Assembly (NCBI RefSeq): GCF_037042905.1 | Contig: NC_087252.1 | Location: forward strand, 8,744,001 to 8,808,000 | Origin: Lytechinus pictus | Taxonomy: Eukaryota | Length of the DNA stretch: 64,000 nt | Direction: 5' to 3' | Shown here: piece by piece, positions 40,385 through 53,179 of the stretch | How positions within the stretch are numbered: the stretch's first letter is position 1 | How the letters are laid out: every line of letters begins with the position of its first letter | Translations under genes and position numbers: made by a program | Notes under the pieces: model-generated | What the model was told of the DNA's origin: nothing | What the model saw: only the letters and a program-made list of their open reading frames with translations | The model's database searches: none

Positions 40385-40532
40385 ACCCTACAGGAATTAC
40401 GTGTGTTACGCATTTTGAAAGAAAATGTGCGCGCTGAACGAACGTACGCGAATGCATCCGGGCGATCGGGTTATTTGAAACCCGTCAAAATTGACCACCA
40501 CCGGTGATAATACAGACAAAATGGCGTCAAAA
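40385..40532 (+). promoter_or_regulatory. Putative compact PP2A-A promoter/5'UTR with a YY1/TISU-like motif over the ATG
   Basis: CpG-containing segment between a transposon end and the ATG; CAAAATGGCGTC spans the start codon. Confidence 0.45.
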
Positions 40533-40613
40533 GAACAGCAGCCAACCATTGGAGATGACTCCCTGTATCCCATAGCTGTACTCGTTGATGAGCTGAGACA
40601 CGAAGACGTAACG
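40521..40613 (+). CDS. PPP2R1A: PP2A 65 kDa scaffold subunit A, exon 1
   Basis: [31 protein letters not shown]|gtaag matches the conserved N-terminus [15 protein letters not shown]. Confidence 0.95.
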
Positions 40614-41171
40614 GTAAGACTACCCATTTTGTGATACATTTTCCAGTAGTGGTATTTGAGATGAGTTTTCGGTGCAAAAGATGACTCGAATATTTATGAT
40701 AGTATGCGTACCGGTACGTACGACTACGGTACGGAACCGTGTGGAGCCTGAGCTGAGTTTACGTGTGTTGTTATGCGCGATTCGCGAAGAACGGCCGTCT
40801 GTGTGTGAGTAGTGTGATTAGTGTAATCATGACATTGATTAGTGAAATGAAATCATGATCATGGAAATAGAAAAATCAAATTTTCAATCATCTCCTCACA
40901 GCAACATGGACATAAGGAGGCGTGGTCTTATTCTGAATTGTGTGTGCAAACGTTGTGTGTGAAGTCAATGGGACTCGGTTGAAAGAAGTCGTCAGCGGCA
41001 GCATGCCATTGACATTGTCGTTGACAAAATAAACGGCAATGAATGAATGGACTGGCTGCTTAAGTTAAGCTTAAGTTAAGGGTTTTTCCCATCCTGTAAC
41101 TATTTTGCACAAACTATTTTAATCCATACATATTTTAAAATAACTATTGAATTGATACTGACATTTTTTAA

Positions 41172-41633
41172 CGCGAAAATTGGTGGCCGATACAGCGGCA
41201 CGGCCAATATGGGAGACTCCAATAGGGGAGACAATCTCCCACATTGGAGACTTGCTTTGCAAAAGGACAAAAGAAACAACACCAACAAAAGCATGATTTT
41301 TTCCACCCAAAATTTTGTCTCACTGAGGTCAGAAGCCCATTTCTTTGTTTTGTGTGTGATTGACAACAAAAATCCTTATCAAAACAAAAGTAGACGGTGA
41401 ATTTTTAAAGTAGACGGTGAAAAGGGGTAATTTTTCATGAGGAATCTGCTTATCACATTTTTATTTGCCGCCAAGGTAATCCTTTTGCAGCAAATGTAAA
41501 CAAAGGAAATTGGTCTCCAAAACTGGAGACTGTCTCTGATTTATTGGATACCCAAATTCTTTACAAAAGTCTCTGATATTGGAGATAATCTCCCACATTG
41601 GAGACAGTCTCCACTATTGGCCGTGCGCCTCTA
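41172..41633. mobile_element. hAT-like MITE in PP2A intron 1
   Basis: GCACGGCCAATA...TATTGGCCGTGC TIR with TTGGAGAC subterminal motifs. Confidence 0.65.
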
Positions 41634-41716
41634 CTGGTCAAGATTGACCATGACCACCACTTCGTACTTCTGACTAGCCAGGAGGCTTCTAGAGAGTAAA
41701 AATCATTTTATACTAA

Positions 41717-42671
41717 GGCCAAGTAAAAAAAGAAAGTAGTTGATCGTCCTCGCGCGCATCTATTTTGGCCGCCGCATGAAAATTTTTACTATTTACTATT
41801 TTCAAAAATTGGCTAAAAAAAAAAAAATAAATAAAAAAAAATAAATAAAAAAAATGGTGATGTTTCTCCTCCGTGCCTGCTTTCCTTTTTGATTGCAGCA
41901 TCATTTTTCTTGATATATACTATTTTTATGGCTGCTGAATAGCGAAAAAAATTCACAAGATTGGCGAGTGATTTGCTCTCATGTGCTCTGGGCTCTCTCT
42001 CGCAACTTCATAAACAATTGCTAAGTCCGATATCGCCGTAACTGCAAGAAGGAAAAAAATTCTGATTTGGTTTTTTATTGGAATTTTGAAGATACCATCA
42101 TAAATTAGCGAGAAAATAAAGTTTGCAAACTCGGAAAAGATCACGGATATCTTAATTTTTAGTGCATTTTCGGGGACCCCGCTTCCTAAATCTGAACTAA
42201 TCCGTCGCGTGCTTTGGAAATATGGCGCAGATGAATCAATTTTAATGATGTAATTTGTATTTTAGCGGGGTATTTTGGTGAGTGATAGCGCCAGTACTTC
42301 TATGTGTGTTACGGTGAATGAGCTGTGCTTGTGACTCTGTTGGGTAAATGCATGTGTGCTGGGATGATGTGATTGACTGTGCTGGCGCGACATGTGAATT
42401 TGTGAAATGAATTGAATTTTCTCGCAAGTTTTCTTACGTCAGCAGGCAATGCATTGAATATTCAAAAATGGCCTGACAATCATTTGAATAAAAAATAGCA
42501 AAAAAAATGGTAAATAGTAAGGACCTCCCTCATCACTGATGTCAAAAAACGGGCCGAGAAAATGCCTCCTTGTTTTTAAAAAAAATAGCAAGATAGCAAA
42601 TAGTAAGGACCTCCCTCATCACTGCTCTCAGAAAACCCGGACGATCAACTACTATCTTTTTTTACTTGGCC
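41717..42671. mobile_element. Non-autonomous element with GGCC termini and TAA TSD (Zator- or Harbinger-like)
   Basis: TAA|GGCCAAGTAAAAAAAGA(A/T)AGTAGTTGATCGTCC ... mirror image|TAA. Confidence 0.8.
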
Positions 42672-43479
42672 TAACGTATGCTTACTCTCAACGAAGCCTG
42701 GAATTGCTTCCCATACATCTGCACGTACCGCCCCAAAACCTGAAACTTTCGCCCCCGAGATTTCTACTTTCCTTCTAAAAGGAAATCATGTAGATCTACA
42801 TGGGATAAAACTTCATTTCCGACATTGACTACGCTATCAATTTTATTTTTAAACAAGAATTCATCCAAAAAATTAGAAAAATATGAAAAAACGGAAGAGA
42901 CTTGCACGATGTTTACGCCGTCATCTTGTTTCCTATTGTTCTTCCCCAACGTTACGACTAAATCTTACAAGGTTTGTTTTGATTTTCTATGAGTTTTTAT
43001 AATTGTCCCATACGTAACACCCATTTTACTAATTATGCAAATCAAGTGCCCCAAATTAGCATAAATATGCATATCAAATTTTCCTTAATGAAATTTAAAA
43101 TTCAACATTTGTGCTTTCTTACCCCATCACAGATAACTTCTTTAATTTAAGATGAAATTTTGCCTTCTAGGGTGACCTTTTCTTGGACTTGCCCATCTTC
43201 ATGTTGATAAATCAAGTAAACAAACCATAGAAAACTCGACTGTATTGAATTTGCTCAGAAATTGAAATCATTTGCAAGTGAAAAACAAATCCAAGCGATC
43301 CCCGTTCGAACAGTTGCTGAAGCTTCTGAAGATGCATAGTGCGTCCACGTTTTTGCACACATTTATCACAAAATACCAATGTTTGAGTTTTCCTTTTTCT
43401 TTTATATTTTTTTCCTTGCAAATCATCTTTAAGCTTCCATGAAACCAGGATTTGGAGAAACATGTTTCTAAACATATTG

Positions 43480-43875
43480 CTCCGAAATCACAAAGGTAGT
43501 TTTGAAAATCGGCAGTTAAACCCATGGTTTATGTAGATTTCCTGTATGAATTAGGCTTATTATTAATACATGTCCAACACTTATAATGCGCTGTTGTCAC
43601 AGTGCGCCAAATTGACGCCTGCCCTGTTGCCATGGTTAAGTATGCTATTTTATTCATGAGTCCACTGTTTTAAATTAATGAGCTCACAGTTCAAAACAGT
43701 GGTTTCATGAATAAAATGGCACTTGACCATGGCAACAGGCGTTAATTTGGTGCACTGTGACAAAAGCGTGCATCAATATTAGACATTATATACGCGGTAA
43801 ATAGGGATACAGGAAATATGCATAAACCATGGATTCAACCGATGGTTTTCAAAACCACCTTTGTGAATTTGGCCA
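43480..43875. repeat. ~400-bp imperfect palindrome
   Basis: TGTCACAGTGCGCCAAATTGACGCCTG..TGTTGCCATGGT..TTTATTCATGA..CCACTGTTTT mirrored around ~43683; outer arms AAAGGT(A/G)GTTTTGAAAA. Confidence 0.8.
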
Positions 43876-44139
43876 ATGAAAGACCTTTTATCCAGGGGCC
43901 TTTAACCTACAGGTCCATGTAAACCATTTTTTCTAATGGTCTTTTCTTGTTAGACCAGTAGATACATGCCATTGTATTAACCATATACATGTATACAGGT
44001 CTGGATCTAAGATTTACTGGTCCAAAAATATAAGTAAAAGGAGAAAATACATGAACAAGTATTTAATTCATTGATACCAGGTTACAACATGAAATTTGTT
44101 CACTGTGCATTTGTATTTATTTACATTCAATGTCAACAG

Positions 44140-44230
44140 AGGAGACTGTTAAGCATCAAAAAGCTGTCTACAATCGCTTTAGCATTGGGTGAAGAAAGAA
44201 CAAGGGCAGAACTTATACCATTCCTTACAG
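44140..44230 (+). CDS. PPP2R1A: PP2A subunit A, exon 2
   Basis: cag|[30 protein letters not shown]|gtgag. Confidence 0.95.
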
Positions 44231-44309
44231 GTGAGAGACTAACAAGTATGATATTATCAGAATTTAGGGAAGTTCATTCTGGAAGTAAGTCGGTTTTGAT
44301 AACTAGTAG

Positions 44310-46005
44310 TAGGAGTGGGCTATAAATGGGTGATTTTTTGTTTTACTGTGGCAACAGTTTTTTTGTGTTCCTTTTACCTTATCTCAACATGAAATGACAA
44401 TATTTTTTTTCTCGGGTCCGAGAAAAAAGTGTGCCGGGCCAAAATCCAAAATGGCCGCCAAAACCCCCCAAATAAACAGTTTTGGCCACAACTTTTTTAT
44501 TTGGTGGTCAATTTCTCTGGTTTTGGTGTCAATTCATATGTTTTGGTGGGCAGGCAATTTGTTTTTCCTGTATTTAGTACTTTTAAACCATTATTTGTAG
44601 AGTTAAAAGGTAATTATACCTAAATTTTCCCATTTTTGTAGCCTTTTTTCAGCCCAAAAGTGGGTTTTATCATCCTGGGGTTCTGGGATATTAGATGGTA
44701 CGAGGTCAACAATAGCAAGCAGCTTCATATAGCTAGATTGCTTTTATTCCTCCACTTTGGGTCTTACGGATATTTGTGAAATATATCTTATCAAATAAAA
44801 GAAAATATTATTTATCCATAGGGACTATACGGTGTACAATGCACTCTACATACTACACTGCATATATCCATGCATTGACCACCATGGCATATGACAAGGC
44901 CTGTATATAAACTATATTGTCATAGAAATGAGCTTCAAAGGTTTAGAATTAGATTGTGAATTTGATTCCTTGTCAGCTGATGTACATGGTGAAACCAGCA
45001 ACGTAAATTACACTTACATGTAAATATCACATACATTTATATATACGTACATCACATTTTTAGCCATATCTTCTTCATTTGGAGGCTTTTTTTTTACCTG
45101 GTTCTGGTGTCTAACTGGCCTATGTTTATGGGGTCAGGTAAGTACTAGTATCATGGTAAGGCTGATCAACAAGCCAATCGGACTAAAGGATTGCATGCAA
45201 GTTACCATTAAGTTAACATAATGGTAAATTTTTATGCAACGGGGCCCAGAATAGCTACAGTGTAAATTACCTCTCTCCGCCCCCTGAATTAGCATATTTG
45301 ACAAAACATGTCTTCAATTTCTGAGACAAAACATATCTTCAATTTCTGAGGCATCTAATTCTAAACCTGAGAGCTTATTTCTACGACACTATAGTTTATA
45401 CAACCCTTGTTATCTGTCATGGTGGCCAATGCATTTATGCAGTGCAGTATGTATGTACAGTACATTGTATACTGTATATCCCCAATGGATAATTGACATT
45501 TTTTATTTAATAAGATATATTTCACAAATATCCGTAAGACCCAAAGTGGAGGAATAAAAGCAATCTAGCTATAATATGAAGTTGCTTGCTATTGTTGACC
45601 TCGTACCATCTAATATCCCAGAACCCCAGGATGATAAAACCTACTTTTTGGCTGAAAAAAGGCTACAAAAATGGGAAAATTTAGGTATAATTACCTTTTA
45701 ACTCTAAAAATAATGGTTTAAAAGTACTAATTATAGGAAAAACAAATTGCCTGCCCCCGAAAACATATGAATAGACACCAAAACCAGAGAAATTGACCAC
45801 CAAATAAAAAAGTTGTGGCCAAAACTGTGATTTTGGGGGGTTTTGGCGGCCATTTTGGATTTTGGCCCGGCACACTTTTTTCTCGGACCCGAGACAAAAA
45901 ATATTGTCATTTCATGTTGAGATACATTACAAGGAATAAAAAAAAACTGTTGTCATATTGAAATTACAAAAAAAGTATTTTTGACCCATGTATAGCCCAC
46001 TCCTA
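44310..46005. mobile_element. Fold-back element with ~500-600 bp TIRs (TAG..CTA termini)
   Basis: TAGGAGTGGGCTATA...TATAGCCCACTCCTA. The arms are so similar that they give mirror ORFs 44429-44623(+) and 45681-45875(-). Confidence 0.88.
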
Positions 46006-46829
46006 TGATAAGTTGGATTTGATATAAGTTTGTAGTACATGTAAGTTGGTTTTGATAGAAGCTGTAAAATAGATAATAATATTGATGAATGTTAAATGAA
46101 AATCGGTCAGAGAATAGCCGAGTTATGAATTTAAAAACTTTTTATTTTGCGATGTCACACACGAGCAGCCCCTCCATATATGTTTTGTGATTGAAATTCC
46201 CCCAAATAACATTTTCTCAAAAATTTGAATGTGATTGTATTTGAGTATTTGGTTTACAAAATCAGGATATTTGGAGTTGATGAACCCGATTTACATGTAC
46301 GTGAGAAAGCTGCTCGCAAGTTTTCTCACAAATTATAGACTTGAAAAAAATCATTACTTTTATATACTTTGATGGATTTTCATCAAGCCTGCACCAATTA
46401 TTTTCTTTAGTAGAATATTCTGCTATAATTGATACAAACTTTTCCTCAGGGTGAGCTTCCCCTTTTAAAATCCGACCTGAATGGAAGTTGTTTGAAAAAC
46501 AAAAGGGAATCCACAGGACTACTTTAATTGAAATTTTGAACAAAGTCGGACCAAGCAAGAGACAATTAACCAGAAAACTTGCATGAAGTTTAAATCAGTA
46601 TACTGGCAATGTACAGGTATATGGGAATTTCAAGTTTGCCTTTTGTCATTATGATGTACAACTTTCCATTGGTTCTGATCACTAAATTTCATCTGTTTAA
46701 CAGTTGTATTTTTTTATTTTGATTTCTGCCCCATGGGAAGAAGGCAGATGCGTTTATAGAAAATGGAGAAGATATTTTAGAAGTGTATTGAAATCTTGTT
46801 TTTTCCTTTTTTTTCCTTTTTTTAAAAAG

Positions 46830-46930
46830 ATACCATTTATGATGAAGATGAAGTGCTTTTGGCATTGGCAGAGCAGCTTGGTACTTTTACTCCCTTTGTC
46901 GGTGGTCAAGAACATGTATCTTGTTTATTG
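46830..46930 (+). CDS. PPP2R1A: PP2A subunit A, exon 3
   Basis: aag|[34 protein letters not shown]|gtaag. Confidence 0.95.
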
Positions 46931-47105
46931 GTAAGTAGTCACTAGCAGGGGGAGGAAGGGCTGGTGATTGAATTTTTGCAAAATCAGGCAATTGAAAAAT
47001 GTATATTATTTTGAGCTGAGCCAATGAAATTATTTTGTAACAAGGTATAGCAAAGATATACCCAGTCATTTACAAATAGGCTCAGCCCTGTACATGTAAT
47101 GTACA

Positions 47106-48607
47106 CTGAGATGCCAACCGTTACGTTTTTGCCGTATTTGTTACGTTTTTTCACCCAAAATACAGCATTACTTTTTTCTTTGTAAAATATGTTTTCTTAA
47201 AATTTCGATCGTGTACAATATGCATTGTGTGTAGCTAGCTGGGTGTTAAAGGCGAGTGTGCATTACGATAGGCAGTGCGGTAATAAATTACGCATTTCTA
47301 CTAATGCATAAATCCTTAATGTGGCAGCCGTGTGTGTTGCTGCCCGAGTTGTGCTTTTATCAAGGCTTTCCGATTAAATTTTCGATATCCTGGCCAATCA
47401 ATGCGAGTTCCGAACGCACGCACATCTACAAGCGCAAAGCAGCGGCACAAATCGCGATATATAGCGACTGGTGCATACGTCTCTAAGGATGATGACGTCA
47501 TCCAAGATGGCAACTTACGTTGACCAACGAAAGGATCGAAGATGACTATGTTTCGATCATCATTTGAAAGGAATTAGCGGTAACTGCGGTCTGAGGTACG
47601 ATATTTCTGAATTTTATATATTTTTTCGATAGTTTGAATGTACTTTCTTTTTTATAATGTGACATTTTATGTAAAAAAAACGATCTGAAAATTGGGTTTC
47701 CGCTGAATGTTAGATCGAACGTTACTGCTAATACGTTGGCTATACGTACGGGCCAACAACTCTTCAGTCTATGTATGGGTGAGTGGAGCCAACGCAGTTC
47801 AGCGGAACAACCAAAATACAGAGGCTGAAGCTTTTGGTCTAGTGCGATTGATGCACGATCGTTGTCGATTTGTTGTCTTGATTTGTTGATTTGTCGGGTC
47901 TCGATTAATCATGGCGTCAACTTCGTCCTCTAAGTCTAAATCACAACGGAAACAGATGTTTCGAGAGGAATACTCGACTCGGTGGCCTTGTATTATCCGT
48001 TCCAAACTGGATGAATTTACCGCACGGTGCGTGCACTGTCTGTCAATGTGATTTCACTATTTCACACGGAGGAGCGAATGACATTACTGCCCAGGATATC
48101 AAACGGAAGAAACACCTCAACCTCGCACAAAGTCGTGAAACTAATCAAAACATTGGACATATCTTTAGAAGAGGGGACTACTCGACGATCAGAGCTGAAA
48201 CATTGATGGCTAATTTGATGGCTAAAGGTTGTATGATTGATAAATCATGACCATTTTTCTACACTTTACATTCAACAGTGCCTGCTGTAAGGTTCTATGG
48301 TTAGATATTTGTTTTTATTGCATCTTTTTAAGACATATAAATTTTATTCGCTTGTGCCGGTCTCATTTTTTTCTGGTTTGATTTATGTGTTTTGTTAGAA
48401 ATGGAATCATCTTACAAGAGAATGCACCATGCAGGATTCTGAACCCCAAAGTTGAAAAATCTCCTTACTGTGGGAGAGGGACATCCCCTCTCACCGGCTC
48501 GGTCGTTTCGCTTCGTTATATTTTACAAAATACTTTAAAACAAATCAAAATACTGTTTTTTTTCCTCTCAGAATACTTTTTTTGCTTTTTGGAGGTTGGC
48601 ATCTCTG
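47106..48607 (+). mobile_element. Internally deleted hAT-type transposon with 6-bp TSD
   Basis: C(T/A)GAGATGCCAACC TIRs; TGTACA on both sides; carries a transposase N-terminus. Confidence 0.8.
47911..48225 (+). pseudogene. Transposase N-terminal BED-type zinc finger remnant
   Basis: MASTSS..QMFREEYSTRWPCIIRSKLDEFTARC/TVCQCDFTISHGGANDI..KRKKH..TIRAETLMA; the frameshift comes from a GTGC duplication. Confidence 0.75.
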
Positions 48608-48849
48608 TGTACATGTAGTCATAATTTTTTTGTTATATAATGAAGAAAAAAAAAATCTCCTATTCCGTTGGAATATTTTATTTATTTTTTACAATAAAAA
48701 CAAACCGTTATTACCCCTGCTTTAGCTCCATCTGCTGCCTCATCAGCAGCCCACAGTGCATTCAAGAAATTAATCCTGTAAAGGTACCCATGTACCTCAC
48801 CTGGGTTTAGTGCATCCTAGTTTGTATAGTAGTGAACAATGTAATCACA

Positions 48850-49075
48850 GTAAAATGCAACATTTATACAGTGCTTAATACAATGTTTCTTAGCGCTGCA
48901 TACTATAATAACGGCTTTAGCACAGCGAGTTTGATTGAGTAATTCAAGGAATTTTTTCCTACCCAGTTAATGTACATGTACTATACCTGAGTTGAGAGTG
49001 GCAAGTGTAGATAAATGCCATGCCTAAGGATGTGAGTGCTGCGGTGGCATGCGAACCTTGTGATTTAATGACTCA
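48850..49075 (-). mobile_element. Degenerate tRNA-derived SINE, same family as 53406-53675
   Basis: The reverse complement shares CCACCGCAGCACTC..TTGCCACTCT..GTAGGAA..TTCCTTG..GTGCTAAAGCCG..GCGCTAAG. Confidence 0.7.
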
Positions 49076-49111
49076 TCTTTTATTGCTGCTTTTATCGCAC
49101 CTTCCACACAG

Positions 49112-49344
49112 CCTCCCCTGGAAAGTTTAGCCACCGTTGAAGAGACTGTAGTGAGAGATAAAGCCGTGGAAAGCTTGCGTAATCTATCTGGGGAACACAG
49201 CACAGCTGACTTAGAGAATCAATTTATCCCAATGGTCAAACGTCTGGCGGCCGGGGACTGGTTTACATCACGGACGTCGGCATGCGGCCTCTTTAGCGTC
49301 TGTTACACAAGATGCAAGAATACGTATAAAGGAGAGTTAAGACA
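49112..49344 (+). CDS. PPP2R1A: PP2A subunit A, exon 4
   Basis: cag|[23 protein letters not shown]...[18 protein letters not shown]...ELR|gtgagt. Confidence 0.96.
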
Positions 49345-50269
49345 GTGAGTATTTTAATATGTATCCATAGTATGATGATGATGATGGTGATGAGAAGAAG
49401 AAGAATGTTACAAATATAAACAGCAACCACAAAGACCTGGTTCCTTTAACACAAAGGTTAGCAATTAATCATACGTTTGATTTTACATTGTAGTTGATGG
49501 AATCAATTGTAGAAAAATGTTCTACGATCATCGCTAAGCTTTGTGTTCAGGGCCACCAGATGAGAGAGATTATCTATATTAGGGCATTATCAGTTGTATC
49601 GATTATGTAGTCTTTACAATGAAATATCTAAAGTGATAAGCCGCTTGCCCTGTCAGGTTGTAGTGACAACACCTTAATGATTGAGAGAGCTGCTGCTAAA
49701 AAAAAAGAAAAAGAAAGGAGAATGTGGATTGGCATAAGGAGAAGAGTAACTTTGACCTTTCACTCAAAGACCGGTCATCCAATAAGGGGGAACTATCTAG
49801 TAAATGGCCTGTTCATGGGCTTCAAATCACCAACAGAAATACCAAACTCGAAATCAAAATTTTCCTTATCCCTGGGGGTTGTTGGAGTTGGTATGGGGAA
49901 ATTACACGTAGATCGTCACCACCAGCTGTGAAGCTGGGTGATGCTCGGATCAGCAGATGACACTCAACACCAGCTCTTAACACGAAGTGCCGCAAATACG
50001 TTATATTTTGCAAGGTCGATCCCAACACCAGCATCATTTCAAGTACGATGTTGTAGCTGGTGTTGGCATAGTCACAACCCAACACCAGATTTCATCATTG
50101 TACTTGAAATCACTCAATATGGTCTTGGGAATGACCAACTCGGATGTCAGATACGACTAACAATACTGTATACAACAACGTTTTTCTTATCATTTAACAA
50201 TAACTGTATACAACTATGTTTTTCATATCGTTGATATTATTTCCACTATTTTCCTTCCACATTGATCAG

Positions 50270-50417
50270 ACTGTTTAACAATCTATGTAGTGATGACACC
50301 CCTATGGTAAGGAGAGCTGCTGCCAGTAAACTGGGTGAATTTGCCAAAGTAGTAGAAGGCGAATATGTCAAGTCTGATCTCATTCCTATGTTCATCAACC
50401 TAGCCAGTGACGAACAG
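50270..50417 (+). CDS. PPP2R1A: PP2A subunit A, exon 5
   Basis: cag|[26 protein letters not shown]...LASDEQ|gtaat. Confidence 0.96.
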
Positions 50418-50850
50418 GTAATACCTTTTGTTCATGTTTTTTGGGGTGATTTCTACCAATTCTGCTTGTGTCATTACATAAAAAAGCAAAGAGGTACATG
50501 TATGAGAGTGACGATATGAGATTTCGCAAGAGGGGAAAGAAAGATGCTCTATTCAACATTGTTTTTGTAGGTTAATCTATGAAAATGAGGTAGGAATTGA
50601 TTGAAAGCAAACAGTAAAATCCCTCAAGAATGCATCATATTTGCAATAGCAGTGCGCAGTTAGCTAGTAGGCCTTACACATATTGCACTTGCATTTATTG
50701 ACTAATGAATCGAAACGTATTGTGACATCACCTCCTATGCCCTGCAACAATGCATTTTGCTCAGTAGTGTCTGTTACGATGTCTTATTATCATCGGCAGG
50801 AGCTCTTGACCAAGTATCTCTTTTTATTTTGTTGTAATTTGTATCCACAG

Positions 50851-51009
50851 CAAGACTCGGTGCGACTGTTAGCCGTGGAAGCTTGTGTAAACATCGCCTC
50901 TCTGCTTCAGCAATCGGATAAGGAAGCCCTCATCATGCCCACTATGAGAGGCTGCGCAGAAGATAAGTCATGGAGAGTGAGATATATGGTTGCAGATAAG
51001 TTCACAGAG
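50851..51009 (+). CDS. PPP2R1A: PP2A subunit A, exon 6
   Basis: cag|[16 protein letters not shown]...[17 protein letters not shown]|gtggg. Confidence 0.95.
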
Positions 51010-51187
51010 GTGGGTATATTTTTCTGTTGAAGTAACTCCCATAGAAACTCGGCAAAGCAGCTCTCTGCTGCATCAACACCAATCTGGTATCTTGCCAATT
51101 ACATAGGAAATATTTTACGTCTAACTTAATCAGTCATAGTGTCTGACCTGAGACTACAGAAATCACGCTTGGACTTTTTTTGGTTAA

Positions 51188-51784
51188 AGGGATGGTCCAG
51201 GCTGGAAAGATTTATGTCTCGGTAAACAGAGTAAAATTCACAGAGCAAAATGCTGAAAATTTGATCAAAATCGGATAAGAAATAAAAAAAGTTATTGAAT
51301 TTTAACGATTTGCATTGTTCCGATGAGACAGTTCTAGGCATGTCTTTATGAATATTCATTAGGTGGGCTGATGATGATCATATCCCCACTTGTTCTTTTG
51401 TATTTTATTATAGGAAATTAGGGTTATTCAAAATTTTTCTACCAAGAACTAAAACAATTGGATTGACAACTGATTAAGTGCATTAGTTATTTATTGCCGC
51501 AAGTTATTTCATCATAATGGGGACACACATGTAGGAAAAAATGAAACATTTATGATTTCATGTAATAACAAAAGAAAAGGGAAGTGGAGATGTGACGTCA
51601 TCAGCTCACCTAATGACTATTCATGACGATGTGCATATAATCTTTTTAACAAAATATTGATAAACTTTAAAATTCAATAACCTTCGTATATTGTTATCAG
51701 ATTTTGGTGATATTTTCTGCATTTTGCTCTGTGAATTTTACTCTACTTATTTATATATAAATATTTTCAGGCTGGGCCATCCCT
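51188..51784. mobile_element. Kolobok-like MITE, copy 3
   Basis: TTAA|AGGGATGGTCCAGGCTG...CCATCCCT|TTAA. Confidence 0.85.
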
Positions 51785-52024
51785 TTAAAGTTGAGATAAT
51801 GGCAGACCTGGGATTTGAATTCGCAACCTCACATTTATGAGTCCAATGCTGTAACCACTGGGCCACTTGAGCCTAAGATTGATCTATTATGCCTAGCTGC
51901 CAACCATGGTTGGCGCCGGAGGAATTATGACAGTCAGTCCTGTTTTTATTCTTACAATACTCCAACGAATCAGATTGTCCTCAAATTCGGTCCAAATATG
52001 AGTAGCTCTAAGAGTGATGATGAC

Positions 52025-52160
52025 CTGGGGCCCGTAACACAAAGGTTAGCGATTGATCGGAAGCTTAGTTTTTACGATTGATTATACATTGTAGTCAATG
52101 GAATCAATCGTAGAAAAATGTTCTACGATCATTGCTAAGCTTTGTGTTACGGGGCCCTGA
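52025..52160. mobile_element. Harbinger-like palindromic MITE (relatives at about 49437-49560, 52865-53135, 56793-56953, 59427-60217, 60218-60355 and 63617-63780)
   Basis: GGGCCCGTAACACAAAG...CTTTGTGTTACGGGGCC termini with CWG flanks. Confidence 0.7.
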
Positions 52161-52224
52161 TTAGTTTTGGGCTATCAAATTCAAAGATCAAACAGCTTAT
52201 TATGTACATTGGAAATAGCTTGTT

Positions 52225-52451
52225 TTGATTGATTGATTGATTGATTGGTGGGGATTTTTTGCCTGATTGCTAAGAAAGCATGAATGCTTGTAAGCAAGCA
52301 ACCAGAGGACCGACCGTTTAAGGTCCTCTCCGAAGGACCTGGTTATGGGGATTAATGCCTTACCAAAGGGCACTAGCGCACCAAGTGTGAATCGAAGCCG
52401 GGTCACCAGAATACGAATCCCCCGCTCTACCGACTGAGCTATCGCGCCTCC
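52225..52451 (-). mobile_element. tRNA-derived SINE (family B)
   Basis: Reverse complement of 33282-33497, with an (AATC)n tail. Confidence 0.88.
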
Positions 52452-52544
52452 TTTTCATGATACATGCAAATGTATAGTTTTAGGGATTGATAGATTGAGA
52501 TGGTGATTAAAGTTGATTAATATTCATTTTATCTGTGTATTTCG

Positions 52545-52765
52545 TTAATGGGGATGCCCCTGCTTACCTCATTGATTTGATTCAGAAATATCAACCCAGT
52601 CGAAATCCTTGTTCACAATCGAAGGATTCATCTCTCTGAAATACGAGTAAAGTCCAAGACCTTTTCGTGATAGAGCTTTTGGGAGCAAAATTGTGGAACA
52701 GCTTACCTCGTAATATAAGATCAATAACATATTTCAGCAGATTCAAATATTAAAAACTATTTAGA
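52545..52765 (+). mobile_element. Old L2/CR1 LINE 3' fragment
   Basis: DAPAYLIDLIQKYQPSRN...DRAF...AKLWNSLPRNIRSI. Confidence 0.7.
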
Positions 52766-53179
52766 TGGTGTTATGTGTCTCTAACAACTGATTGTTATTA
52801 TTGATTTCATTAATGTGTTTATTTTCTTAATAAAGGATTGATTTAATCCTGCTAAATACCAATCAGTGCCCCGCCTAACAAAGAGTTACGATTGATCCAA
52901 TCAACTCTATGGAAATCCATCAACATCATTATTTTTCTTCAGAAAATTTGCACTATGTACTTTGTCAAAGAGAAGCACACTGAATTGTCAAGAAAACAAA
53001 TGTATGAATATACTATATGCACCATATCTAGAAAATAATTTGAATAAACATGCATTTTAGATGTTGACGTTGCTTGCTTTCCGTAGTTGTGGTTGATTGG
53101 ATCAATCGCGACTCTTTGTAAGACAAGGCCCCTGATGTATTGTTTCAGTGATCTGTAAACCCCTTCTCTTTTCTCCTAG

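Noticed and set aside
44429..45875. Pair of near-identical 64-aa ORFs on opposite strands
   Set aside because: Mirror images produced by the fold-back element's TIRs.
50036..50060. miR-26-like TTCAAGTA match in the hairpin
   Set aside because: Only 8 nt match and the rest is unrelated. miR-26 is a vertebrate miRNA hosted in CTDSP introns.
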